Assembly: GCA_902803145.1 (NCBI GenBank)
Contig: CADCOT010000010.1
Coordinates: 1-49,389 of the forward strand
Direction: 5' to 3'
Length of the DNA: 49,389 nucleotides
Origin: an uncultured Spirochaetales bacterium
Lineage (GTDB): Bacteria; Spirochaetota; Spirochaetia; Sphaerochaetales; Sphaerochaetaceae
The translations under genes and the position numbers were made by a program. The notes under the pieces were generated by a model. That model saw nothing but the letters and a program-made list of their open reading frames with translations. It was not told the DNA's origin and ran no database searches. Below are positions 27,335 to 35,835 of the stretch, piece after piece (the stretch's first letter is position 1; each line of letters opens with the position of its first letter).

Positions 27335-28357
27335 TTATATTATCTTCTTTCCAAGAAGCATTTCCATTTTTTCTTTCAAACAGAAAAACATCAAATGGTG
27401 ATAACTCTTTTTTATTAATAGACATGCAGCCTTCTCTGTTTCTGAAAGCTTTCCGTGATACCCTTTGCGGGCGATAAACTCCCTTACGAACTTAGCATCA
27501 GAGTACTCATCCAACCATTTTTTCTTTTGGGAAAACGGAATACGGAAAAACAAAACTCGCATAATATCCATATTCAGCCAATATTCCATATATTTTCTGA
27601 AATCCTCAAAATCTTCATCGTTAAAGAATCCATTGTTCTTCAAAAAATCTAACACCAGCTCTTCTTTTTCATATGTGACAATGCCGGGATGGTATTCTTT
27701 ATGAGAAGTGATGCTTCTAGGATTGAAACGGTAGTTATAAAGAATATCGGGAATAACAACCGCTCGGTTGGAATACTGTATTATTTCCAGCGTTTGTACC
27801 TGATCTTCCCCTTTTGAAATATGAAAGTAAGGAGAAAAATCCACTCTTCCTAGGTTCTCACGCTTCGCAGCCTTTCTACATAAACTGTTCAAATTGCCAT
27901 TAAGAAAAACAAGTCTTGAAAAAGAACGTTTATCATCTATTACGACTGCAGAATCATCAGGAGAATTGGTAGAATCTATAACTTTTCCTTCTGACACTCG
28001 TCTTAAACCATAGATTACACAATCTGCATCATATTTTTTGGATGCTTCACGTATTCTTTCCAAGGTGTTAGGTTCCAACCAGTCATCGGAATCAAGATGA
28101 ACAATCCAATCCCCTTCCGCTTTTTTCAGAGCAAAGCGTCTGGTTGCAAAAAGCCCTTCGTTTGGCTTATGGAAAACTTTTATGAAAGGATATTCAGATG
28201 CATACCTATCACAAATAGAGGCACTTGAATCTGTAGATCCATCGTCAACAAGGATTAATTCGTAGTCTTTAACTGTCTGATTTAATACAGACCGGACACA
28301 ATCTTCAAGATATTTCTCTACATTATATACAGGACAGAGAATACTGAATTCAGGCAT
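27335..28357 (-). CDS. Glycosyltransferase family 2
   Basis: FSILCPVYNVEKYL...ILVDDGSTD...DSDDW motifs. Its stop codon abuts the stop of the convergent GT2 gene. Confidence 0.88.
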   Translation of the reverse strand: MPEFSILCPVYNVEKYLEDCVRSVLNQTVKDYELILVDDGSTDSSASICDRYASEYPFIKVFHKPNEGLFATRRFALKKAEGDWIVHLDSDDWLEPNTLERIREASKKYDADCVIYGLRRVSEGKVIDSTNSPDDSAVVIDDKRSFSRLVFLNGNLNSLCRKAAKRENLGRVDFSPYFHISKGEDQVQTLEIIQYSNRAVVIPDILYNYRFNPRSITSHKEYHPGIVTYEKEELVLDFLKNNGFFNDEDFEDFRKYMEYWLNMDIMRVLFFRIPFSQKKKWLDEYSDAKFVREFIARKGYHGKLSETEKAACLLIKKSYHHLMFFCLKEKMEMLLGKKII

Positions 28358-29543
28358 TATCCCTCATACCAACCAAAGCAACATATGAATTAAGTATGAT
28401 GATTGAAGGCACTTTGTCATAGTAAGAAACATTTGTCATCTCACTGATAAGAAGAACTATATTCAGAGCCAAAGCCAAATAGAAACAATTGTCCAGTTTC
28501 TTCTTAGCCAATCCTATTACAGAGCCCGTCAGATTAAGCGCATAATAGAGAATAAAACCTACAGCACCTCCGCAAGCAAGAAGCTCAGCATAGTTGTTAT
28601 GAAGATAGTAGTTAATCTCATAGAATTGCCCGGCAATTGAATGGGTTCCACCCATTCCTACACCAAGCACGGGATGCTCTTTAAAGATACTGAGTCCAAG
28701 CTTGATAAGACCGATTCTGATTTCACTTGATCCGTCCCCGCTATTTGATAAGGTTGCCAATGCTTCTTCCATTCTTCCCATGATAGGAGCAAGGAACGGA
28801 AGATTCCTCATTAGGTACAAAGCCGCTACCAAGGCAACAACAACACCCACAGCAATCAGCTTTCTCCACCCGCGTGCACGAAGGAAAACAAGAATAAACA
28901 AACCGGCAAAGAAGCAGATAAACCCTTCCCTGCTACCTGTTGCAAGAATTGCACTTAATCCGAACAGAAGAATTGGAATAGTCCAATATTTTTTCTCAAA
29001 TATCAGATAGTACATTCCGACTATCATAGACATGGCAATACTGAAACTCATTCCATTTTGGTCATTAATGTCAGCACCAATTCTGCTTCCTGTTAGAATT
29101 GAATCAATTATTTCTTTATGGCCGTAGTAGAGGTAGTAGAAACAGGCATAAAACACACCGGCCACAAAGACTGCATTGACAATCAACATACGCTTCTTTT
29201 CTGAAGCACAATAGTTGTACAAGAGGACTGCCAGGACAAAAAGTCTGAATACGGTCTTTGCTCTCATCATTGCCATATCGTGGTCTATTGCCCAAGTGGT
29301 TGAAAGAAAACAGAAAGCCGAGAATGCTGCATATAGAACTGAGAACGTTGATATCACATGTGAATGTTCGATAATTCCATAAATTAACAGCAGACCCATT
29401 AGGATTACAGCAACAAAGTTTGCATAACGCTCCGTTGCAAGTGCTGCATTTGAAAAGATAAAAAATACAGTGAAGTAAATATAGACGAACGGATCTATTA
29501 CCTTGGTCAGTTGTTCTTTTTTTGAAGAAAGACTATTAATCAT
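28350..29543 (-). CDS. O-antigen ligase / Wzy-like polymerase family membrane protein
   Basis: About 10-12 TM helices. GSREGFI and G.G.GG....HNNYAELLACGGAVGF match the O-antigen ligase (Wzy_C) domain pattern. The track start at 29567 is TTG. ATG 29543 is preferred. Confidence 0.8.
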   Translation of the reverse strand: MINSLSSKKEQLTKVIDPFVYIYFTVFFIFSNAALATERYANFVAVILMGLLLIYGIIEHSHVISTFSVLYAAFSAFCFLSTTWAIDHDMAMMRAKTVFRLFVLAVLLYNYCASEKKRMLIVNAVFVAGVFYACFYYLYYGHKEIIDSILTGSRIGADINDQNGMSFSIAMSMIVGMYYLIFEKKYWTIPILLFGLSAILATGSREGFICFFAGLFILVFLRARGWRKLIAVGVVVALVAALYLMRNLPFLAPIMGRMEEALATLSNSGDGSSEIRIGLIKLGLSIFKEHPVLGVGMGGTHSIAGQFYEINYYLHNNYAELLACGGAVGFILYYALNLTGSVIGLAKKKLDNCFYLALALNIVLLISEMTNVSYYDKVPSIIILNSYVALVGMRDNA

Positions 29544-29563
29544 TTCCCTTGTTCCTTTCCCAA

Positions 29564-31651
29564 TCAATAAAGCCAGTTAATTCCAAGAAAGATTTCATAC
29601 TCAAGACGTACATCCTCTCCCCTGAGTTTTGCAAATAATGTATCTGCATTGAAACCAAGTGAGAACCTGAACGGATATGCAGGATGCGAATCAAGTATTG
29701 CAATTCCCTCAACACCTACACTGTGAAGATAATTAACCTTAGATTTGTCTATAAACATGACAAAATCATAGAACGGATTTATGTAAGTATGCCCCATGTC
29801 CTCAAAGTTAAACAGAGCAGTTGTTAAATTAACGTTTCCGGCAATGACTGCCTTTGCAGGGAAACCTCCGGAACTGATAGCAGGGCTTTCATCAAGAATA
29901 CCTCTGAGAAGAGTTCCAAGACCTCCCTTATCAAAGTTAAACTCGTTGTAAGTAAATGAGTTGTAAGAGTAGAAATAGTCACTATCTGCCTGCGAATTCA
30001 ACTTATAAGGATCACTGGAAGATGTTTTGTCAAACCACAACCCTGAGTCACCGGATTTAGCCATTGCCAAAAGCCTGATTGAAGGATTGAAGAAGGCATT
30101 CTTCAACGGGAATGCAGTAATACTGCCTCTTAAGAAAAGTTGCGGTTTGAAACTGAATGCAAAACGTCCGGCCAACTGCAGATTGTACTTGATTCCGTGT
30201 CTGAAATTGTCCCTAAATGCAAAGAAATCCTCTCCGGAATCTATTCTGTTTATCTCTCCACCTGCCAGACCTGCAGAGAATGCAAGTTCAAGGTAAGGAG
30301 AATATTTGAATTTGTTCTCATTGCGTATAAAAGTGTTGTACAAGGTAACAATCGGAGAAACGTTCAGTTTGCCGTTTAAGAAGCCAAATGACTTTTCTAC
30401 CCTGAAATCAAAATCAAATCTGTAGAGATTTTTGTCATCATTACGCCATGTTTTGAAAATTACAGAGTCTGTGTAGTCATCAAGCATGTTGAATGAGAAA
30501 CTGGAATTTGTCTTTACGTAGTTATATTTTTCAACAGATGTCTTAGTTCTGTAGATTTCCCAGTAAACGTTGTTACTCAGCTTTTTCCCTGTAATATTCC
30601 CATCAGGCATGGCCACTGTAACAGTATTGTCCAATGAATAAAATCTTGAAGCTATCATGCTGTTCTGTGCAGGCTGAAATGTAAATACCGGAGTCTCAGA
30701 AACAGAAAAACCTCCAACCTTTATGTCAGAAACACTGAAGGTGAATTTATGGTATGAATCACTGCTCACAAACGGTGAAGGAAGAATCGGATAGTAAAGT
30801 CCGTTATATGTAGCTGACAGCTTTGCTGATCCCAGAGCCATATCAACATAACCGACATCAAGTGCCCATTTGTTTATTACAGGCTTGGCTGTAGGTTTGT
30901 AGTCAATTTCAAATCCTACGTTTACTTTACCGGGTCCTGCCTGCAGGCCTTTCTCTGCAATTTTGAATACATATGCAGATTTGGTTTTATCTCCGTAGTA
31001 ATAGAGAAGATTCAGAGATGTTGTAATCTCTGCAGTACCTATTTTCCATCCTGTTTCATCAAGAACAAGTTTCAGAAATGAGGTTTCCGTATTCAGAAGA
31101 TCAATATCACCTGACAACTCAGCAGAAAGTTTCAGATCATTAATCTTTATTCCTGAAATTGGGATACTGAACTTATAATCACCGTATTTGAATGATTTCT
31201 CCTGCTGAACACCGTCTATGGAGATGTCCATTGTGGCCATCAAGCCAAAGAGGTTTTTCTCTTTGAATCTGATTCCGAATACAAATCCGTTGTTAGAGTC
31301 ATACTTCGGGTACGGGAAGATGATAGTTGAATCTGCATCCTCCACGTAAACTTCAATAGTTACGCTGTAGTCCTCATCAACAGAAGAAGTAATTGAGTAA
31401 TTAACAGAAGAAACATTGAAGAGGTTTGTATTCCACAGGGCTGTACCTTTACGTTTTACCGCTGCTTCCAAAGCCTCAAGACTATCAAACTTTTCCTCTG
31501 TATGCGGATTAACAAGGTAATCAATGGCCTGTTCTGTAGTCTTGCCAAGAACTGTATACTTGTACCCTATTACAGTGTATGTTCCTGCATACAATCCAAA
31601 AACACATATTACAATCAGCACTAATGCTGCTATTATTTTCTTTGAAAACAC
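29564..31651 (-). CDS. Omp85-superfamily-like outer-membrane protein with one POTRA-like domain
   Basis: GTG start and signal/anchor sequence MFSKKIIAALVLIVICVFGLYA. POTRA-like YKYTVLGKTTEQAIDYL....FDSLEALEAAVKRKGTALWNTNLF....YSVTIEVYVED. GGLGTLLRGIL resembles the Omp85 loop-6 (V/L)RG(F/Y) lid-lock motif. C-terminal LGINWLY looks like a beta-signal. Assigned by eye. Confidence 0.5.
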   Translation of the reverse strand: MFSKKIIAALVLIVICVFGLYAGTYTVIGYKYTVLGKTTEQAIDYLVNPHTEEKFDSLEALEAAVKRKGTALWNTNLFNVSSVNYSITSSVDEDYSVTIEVYVEDADSTIIFPYPKYDSNNGFVFGIRFKEKNLFGLMATMDISIDGVQQEKSFKYGDYKFSIPISGIKINDLKLSAELSGDIDLLNTETSFLKLVLDETGWKIGTAEITTSLNLLYYYGDKTKSAYVFKIAEKGLQAGPGKVNVGFEIDYKPTAKPVINKWALDVGYVDMALGSAKLSATYNGLYYPILPSPFVSSDSYHKFTFSVSDIKVGGFSVSETPVFTFQPAQNSMIASRFYSLDNTVTVAMPDGNITGKKLSNNVYWEIYRTKTSVEKYNYVKTNSSFSFNMLDDYTDSVIFKTWRNDDKNLYRFDFDFRVEKSFGFLNGKLNVSPIVTLYNTFIRNENKFKYSPYLELAFSAGLAGGEINRIDSGEDFFAFRDNFRHGIKYNLQLAGRFAFSFKPQLFLRGSITAFPLKNAFFNPSIRLLAMAKSGDSGLWFDKTSSSDPYKLNSQADSDYFYSYNSFTYNEFNFDKGGLGTLLRGILDESPAISSGGFPAKAVIAGNVNLTTALFNFEDMGHTYINPFYDFVMFIDKSKVNYLHSVGVEGIAILDSHPAYPFRFSLGFNADTLFAKLRGEDVRLEYEIFLGINWLY

Positions 31652-31691
31652 AATTCTATCCCTACTATAACTATAACTGAAATTATACTTC

Positions 31692-31720
31692 TTGACAAAT
31701 AGATTGAGACAGGCTAACTT
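31692..31720 (+). promoter_or_regulatory. Sigma70-like promoter for the mgtE leader
   Basis: TTGACA (31692-31697), 17 nt, TAACTT (31715-31720). Confidence 0.5.
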
Positions 31721-31741
31721 AAAAATTTAGGAGGAATTGTC

Positions 31742-31798
31742 ATGGAATCAGCAGACCCTGGCCCAAGTAGAAACGCATTCCTCCGGAAGGCTTTCTGA
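31742..31798 (+). CDS. Candidate 18-codon leader ORF (MESADPGPSRNAFLRKAF) in the mgtE 5' leader
   Basis: ATG at 31742 preceded by consensus SD AGGAGG (31729-31734, 7-nt spacer). TGA at 31796-31798, 35 nt before the mgtE ATG, which has no SD of its own. Confidence 0.4.
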   Translation: MESADPGPSRNAFLRKAF

Positions 31799-31833
31799 CA
31801 GCCCGGATTTCTGTATTGCACTGACACAGTACA

Positions 31834-33210
31834 ATGGCAGAACGCAATATCGTAACAGTAGAAGAGACACTCAAGATTCTTTTGGAAGGCAGAAAGTATG
31901 CATCTGTCAAGGATATTCTTACTACAATGAACCCTTCCGACATTGCAGCTATTTTTGATGACCTTGATGAGCAGCACCTGCCCATGCTTTTCCGTCTGCT
32001 TCCCAAGGATCTGGCCGCAGAAACATTTGTTGAGATGGAACCTGACAATCAGGAACTCCTGATTCAGAGTTTTTCAGATACAGAGCTTAAAGCCGTTATC
32101 AACGAACTGTATGTTGATGATGCGGTAGACCTTGTTGAAGAAATGCCCGCCAACGTTGTAAGAAGAATCCTTGCACAGGCCGCGCCGTCAATGAGGCGCG
32201 ATATCAACCAGATACTCCACTATCCTGAAGACAGTGCAGGCTCTGTCATGACCACTGAGTATGTATGGCTCAAAGCTGACATGACAGTAGAACAGGCCAT
32301 CAAGCATATCAGAACAACCGGTGTAGACAAGGAAACAATTTATACCTGCTATGTTACAGAGCGCAGAAAACTTGTCGGCTTGTGTTCAATTAAAGATCTG
32401 CTTCTTGCAAAAGACGACAACATGCTTGTTTCCAGCATAATGGAGACCAACTTTATCAGCGTAACCACACATACCGACCAGGAAGAAGTAGCTCAGATGT
32501 TCAGTAAGTACAACCTGCTGGCCTTGCCTGTAGTAGATTCCGAAGGACGAATGGTAGGTATCATTACTGTTGACGACGCTATGGACGTCATGCAGGAAGA
32601 GGTTACCGAAGATATGGAAATCATGGCAGGTATGACACCTTCAGATAAAACCTATCTGCGTTCAACCCCCATTGATCTTTTCATACACAGAATCCCGTGG
32701 CTTCTCATTTTGATGATAAGTGCAACATTCACTGGCCTGATTATTACCGGCTTTGAAACAGCCCTTTCCAGACTTGTTGTTCTTACAGCATTCATTCCTA
32801 TGCTGATGGATACAGGCGGAAACTCCGGTTCTCAAAGCTCTGTAACAGTAATCAGAGCCCTCAGCCTTGGTGAAGTTGAGTTTGAAGACATTGGAAAAGT
32901 CCTTATTAAAGAACTGTGCACAGCCGTGCTCTGCGGAATATCTCTTGCCGTTGTCTGCTTTGGAAAAGTAATGCTTGTAGACAGAATTCTGCTTTCCAAC
33001 CCGGATGTAACAGTAAGAGTTGCCCTTGTTGTATGCGCAACAATGGCCCTGACAGTTATAGTTGCAAAGGGCATAGGATGCTCACTGCCCATCATAGCCA
33101 AAAAGCTTGGTTTTGACCCTGCAGTTATGGCAAGTCCGTTCATTACAACTATCGTCGATGCACTGTCACTGCTTATTTATTTCACTATCACCAAAGCAGT
33201 TCTGATGTGA
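31834..33210 (+). CDS. mgtE: Magnesium transporter MgtE
   Basis: MgtE N-domain, tandem CBS region, and TM domain with the DTGGNSGSQS motif. Confidence 0.93.
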   Translation: MAERNIVTVEETLKILLEGRKYASVKDILTTMNPSDIAAIFDDLDEQHLPMLFRLLPKDLAAETFVEMEPDNQELLIQSFSDTELKAVINELYVDDAVDLVEEMPANVVRRILAQAAPSMRRDINQILHYPEDSAGSVMTTEYVWLKADMTVEQAIKHIRTTGVDKETIYTCYVTERRKLVGLCSIKDLLLAKDDNMLVSSIMETNFISVTTHTDQEEVAQMFSKYNLLALPVVDSEGRMVGIITVDDAMDVMQEEVTEDMEIMAGMTPSDKTYLRSTPIDLFIHRIPWLLILMISATFTGLIITGFETALSRLVVLTAFIPMLMDTGGNSGSQSSVTVIRALSLGEVEFEDIGKVLIKELCTAVLCGISLAVVCFGKVMLVDRILLSNPDVTVRVALVVCATMALTVIVAKGIGCSLPIIAKKLGFDPAVMASPFITTIVDALSLLIYFTITKAVLM

Positions 33211-34730
33211 TCTGCACAGTTGATTCCGTCAACTGCTGCACTGACAATTCCCCCTGCATAACCTGCACCCTCTCCGCAAGGGTACAGACATTTATGACTT
33301 ACACTTTCAAAGGTTTCAGGATTTCTGATAATCCTCACCGGTGAACTGGTTCTGGTTTCAGTTCCTATAATCAGCGCCTCTTCTGTAACAAAGCCATGGG
33401 CCTTTCTTCCCATCTGTTCAAAGCCCTGTTTAAGTGCATCTGAAACATCCCGGGGAAGAACTGTTCTCATATTTGCGCTTGTCAGTCCCGGAGCATAGCT
33501 GGAAACAGGAAGAGATGTACTGACCTTTCCTCTCAGAAAATCAGTTAGCCTTTGTGCCGGTGCCTTCTGTGTGCAGGATGCTGCACTATATGCCATTCTC
33601 TCAAGTTCCGCCTGATATTCCATCACTTTAAGCGGATCAGTTGTGGCCAAATCTTCGCTATTAATCTGGGTAACTATTCCGCTGTTGGCCCACCTTGAGC
33701 CGCGGTTTGACGGACTCATTCCGTTTACAACCACCTGCTCTTTATCTGAAGCGGCAGGAACTACAAAACCGCCCGGGCACATACAGAATGAGTAAACTCC
33801 TCTTCCGTTGACCTGCTCTACAAAACTGTACTCAGCCGCAGGAAGATAAGAAGGTCTTTGTCTGTTAAGATGGTACTGAATGCTGTCAATTATCTGCTGA
33901 GGGTGTTCAAGCCTTACGCCTACTGCAATGCTTTTTGCTTCAATCCCAACACCGCGCCTTTGAAGCATTCTGAATGTATCTCTGGCCGCGTTTCCTATAG
34001 CAAGAACAACAGGGCCATTGAAGGTTTTTTCATTTCCTTCATTGTCTTTGCAAACAACCCCTTTGACATCATTGTTTTCTATAATCAAATCCGTTACGCA
34101 TGTGTCTAGATGGAACTCTCCTCCATGCTCAAGAATGCAGTTGCGCATTCGTTCAATTATTGTCGGAAGGACCTCGGTTCCTATGTGCGGATGTGCTTCA
34201 TAAAGGATTTCCGGCTTTGCTCCGAACTGAACAAACAGATTCAGAACTTTCTCATTTTCACCCCGTTTCTTGCTTCTTGTGTACAGTTTTCCATCGGAGA
34301 AAGTACCGGCTCCACCTTCTCCAAAGCTGTAGTTTGACGCAGGATTAACAAGACCTTCTCTGGATATGAGTGCAATGTCTGCCTTTCTTTTATGAACATC
34401 GGATCCTCGTTCAATTACAACAGGCTTTATCCCGTATTCAAGAAGCCTCAGTGCAACAAAAAGACCGCCGGGTCCGCTACCTACCACCACGGCCTGGCCT
34501 TTGGCCGGGTCTGCATCTTTGAATTCTGTGGGAACAAAAAGCTCGTTTAGGGGATTGATGCGACAAAGCAAATTGAACTTGATATCCTGGCGTCTGGCAT
34601 CAATACTCTTTCTGAGAATTATGTATTTCTGTTGCTCCCCGATACGCAGGGTTTTTCTGATTGCTCTGTCAGCTTTTTCTTCAGTGGCAAACTCGTTGGC
34701 AGGCAAAACAATTTGGATGTCTTTCTGCAT
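33177..34730 (-). CDS. NAD(P)/FAD-dependent oxidoreductase (COG2509-like FAD-dependent protein)
   Basis: Dinucleotide-binding motif VVVGSGPGGLFVALRL at about residue 80 and 517-aa architecture typical of this family. It overlaps the mgtE 3' end by 34 nt. Confidence 0.8.
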   Translation of the reverse strand: MQKDIQIVLPANEFATEEKADRAIRKTLRIGEQQKYIILRKSIDARRQDIKFNLLCRINPLNELFVPTEFKDADPAKGQAVVVGSGPGGLFVALRLLEYGIKPVVIERGSDVHKRKADIALISREGLVNPASNYSFGEGGAGTFSDGKLYTRSKKRGENEKVLNLFVQFGAKPEILYEAHPHIGTEVLPTIIERMRNCILEHGGEFHLDTCVTDLIIENNDVKGVVCKDNEGNEKTFNGPVVLAIGNAARDTFRMLQRRGVGIEAKSIAVGVRLEHPQQIIDSIQYHLNRQRPSYLPAAEYSFVEQVNGRGVYSFCMCPGGFVVPAASDKEQVVVNGMSPSNRGSRWANSGIVTQINSEDLATTDPLKVMEYQAELERMAYSAASCTQKAPAQRLTDFLRGKVSTSLPVSSYAPGLTSANMRTVLPRDVSDALKQGFEQMGRKAHGFVTEEALIIGTETRTSSPVRIIRNPETFESVSHKCLYPCGEGAGYAGGIVSAAVDGINCADHIRTALVIVK

Positions 34731-34733
34731 AAA

Positions 34734-35819
34734 TCAGCTTTCCCTGTATTTCTGATACAGTTTTGTGTATTGATCAGCAATAACTGAAACATCATACTGC
34801 CCTACACGCTCAAAGGCCTTCTCACAGAATTCTTTGCGCATTTCGGAATCTGAAAGAGCTTTTTCCATAGCATCACGCAGTGCCTGAACATCTCCTTTCG
34901 GGGTAAGAAGTGAACATCCGTCCACAATATCCCTGATCCCGCCAACATCTGTGGAAACTACAAGCAGCTTTGAAGCCATAGCTTCAAGTAAAACAAGCGG
35001 AAGACCCTCATATTCAGAACTGAGTAAAAAGGCATCTGCCTTAGCCATGTAGGAATGAACATTATCAACAGCACCCACAAGCTGAACTTTTTCCTTAAGA
35101 GAATTTTTGTTTATAAAGTCTTCCAAGGTTTCTCTTTCAGGGCCATCTCCCAGTAAAAGAAGTCTGACATCAGGGTGGTTTTTCTGAAGATCATTGAAAG
35201 CTTTAAGTCCAAGAATCTGATTCTTTTCCTTTGAAAGCCTTCCTGCCATGATGAATGTAAAATTGTCATGTTTTATCTTTTTTTCAGATGAAAACTTGCC
35301 AACATCTACAGGGTTGAAAATCAATTCAACATTCTTTTTTACTTTGTATTCTTTACGAACAAGACTTCTGATTGTCTCTGTTATTGCAACAGGAACAGCT
35401 TTTCCTCTTTTGTACAAAGCAGAAAAAACCATCCTTTTAGCTTTTTCAAACTCAAGAGTAGGAACACTATGAACGGTCTGAATCATCATTTTCCTTCTGT
35501 GGGTGAGGATCCACAAAGATGAATAAAAACCGCCTGCAAGGTGAGAATGAACAATATCAGGTTTGAAACGTGACAGTTCTTTTCCAAGTTTGAAGAATGC
35601 AGAAAACGAGAACCCGGGTTTCTTGTGCATATACCTGATAGGAACACCATGGTCCTCAACATCATGCTCAAGATGATTGTCCAACCTATCGCCGGAAATA
35701 CAAATTACCTCAACATCAAGTTGAGAGAGGTCTAAATGAGAAACAAGGCGCGAGACCATGGTCTCGGCGCCACCCATTCTAAAATCAGGAAGAACTACAG
35801 CTACTCTGGTCTTCTGCAT
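34734..35819 (-). CDS. Glycosyltransferase family 4 (GT-B fold)
   Basis: GGAETMV N-terminal motif and FLLSSEYEGLPLVLLEAMAS motif. ATG 35819 (MQKTRVAVVLP) is preferred over the track start at 35867, which overlaps the upstream gene. Confidence 0.85.
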   Translation of the reverse strand: MQKTRVAVVLPDFRMGGAETMVSRLVSHLDLSQLDVEVICISGDRLDNHLEHDVEDHGVPIRYMHKKPGFSFSAFFKLGKELSRFKPDIVHSHLAGGFYSSLWILTHRRKMMIQTVHSVPTLEFEKAKRMVFSALYKRGKAVPVAITETIRSLVRKEYKVKKNVELIFNPVDVGKFSSEKKIKHDNFTFIMAGRLSKEKNQILGLKAFNDLQKNHPDVRLLLLGDGPERETLEDFINKNSLKEKVQLVGAVDNVHSYMAKADAFLLSSEYEGLPLVLLEAMASKLLVVSTDVGGIRDIVDGCSLLTPKGDVQALRDAMEKALSDSEMRKEFCEKAFERVGQYDVSVIADQYTKLYQKYRES

Positions 35820-35835
35820 ATCAATAGATATTATA

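Noticed and set aside
8748-31651. Phage-defence island or mobile genomic island
   Set aside because: No nucleases, helicases, ATPases, methyltransferases, toxins, integrases or transposases are present. All recognisable genes are glycan-biosynthetic or envelope proteins.
31721-31833. M-box (ykoK) Mg2+ riboswitch upstream of mgtE
   Set aside because: The leader is too short, about 105 nt. I could not find the conserved M-box core segments as I remember them. A leader-peptide mechanism fits the sequence better.
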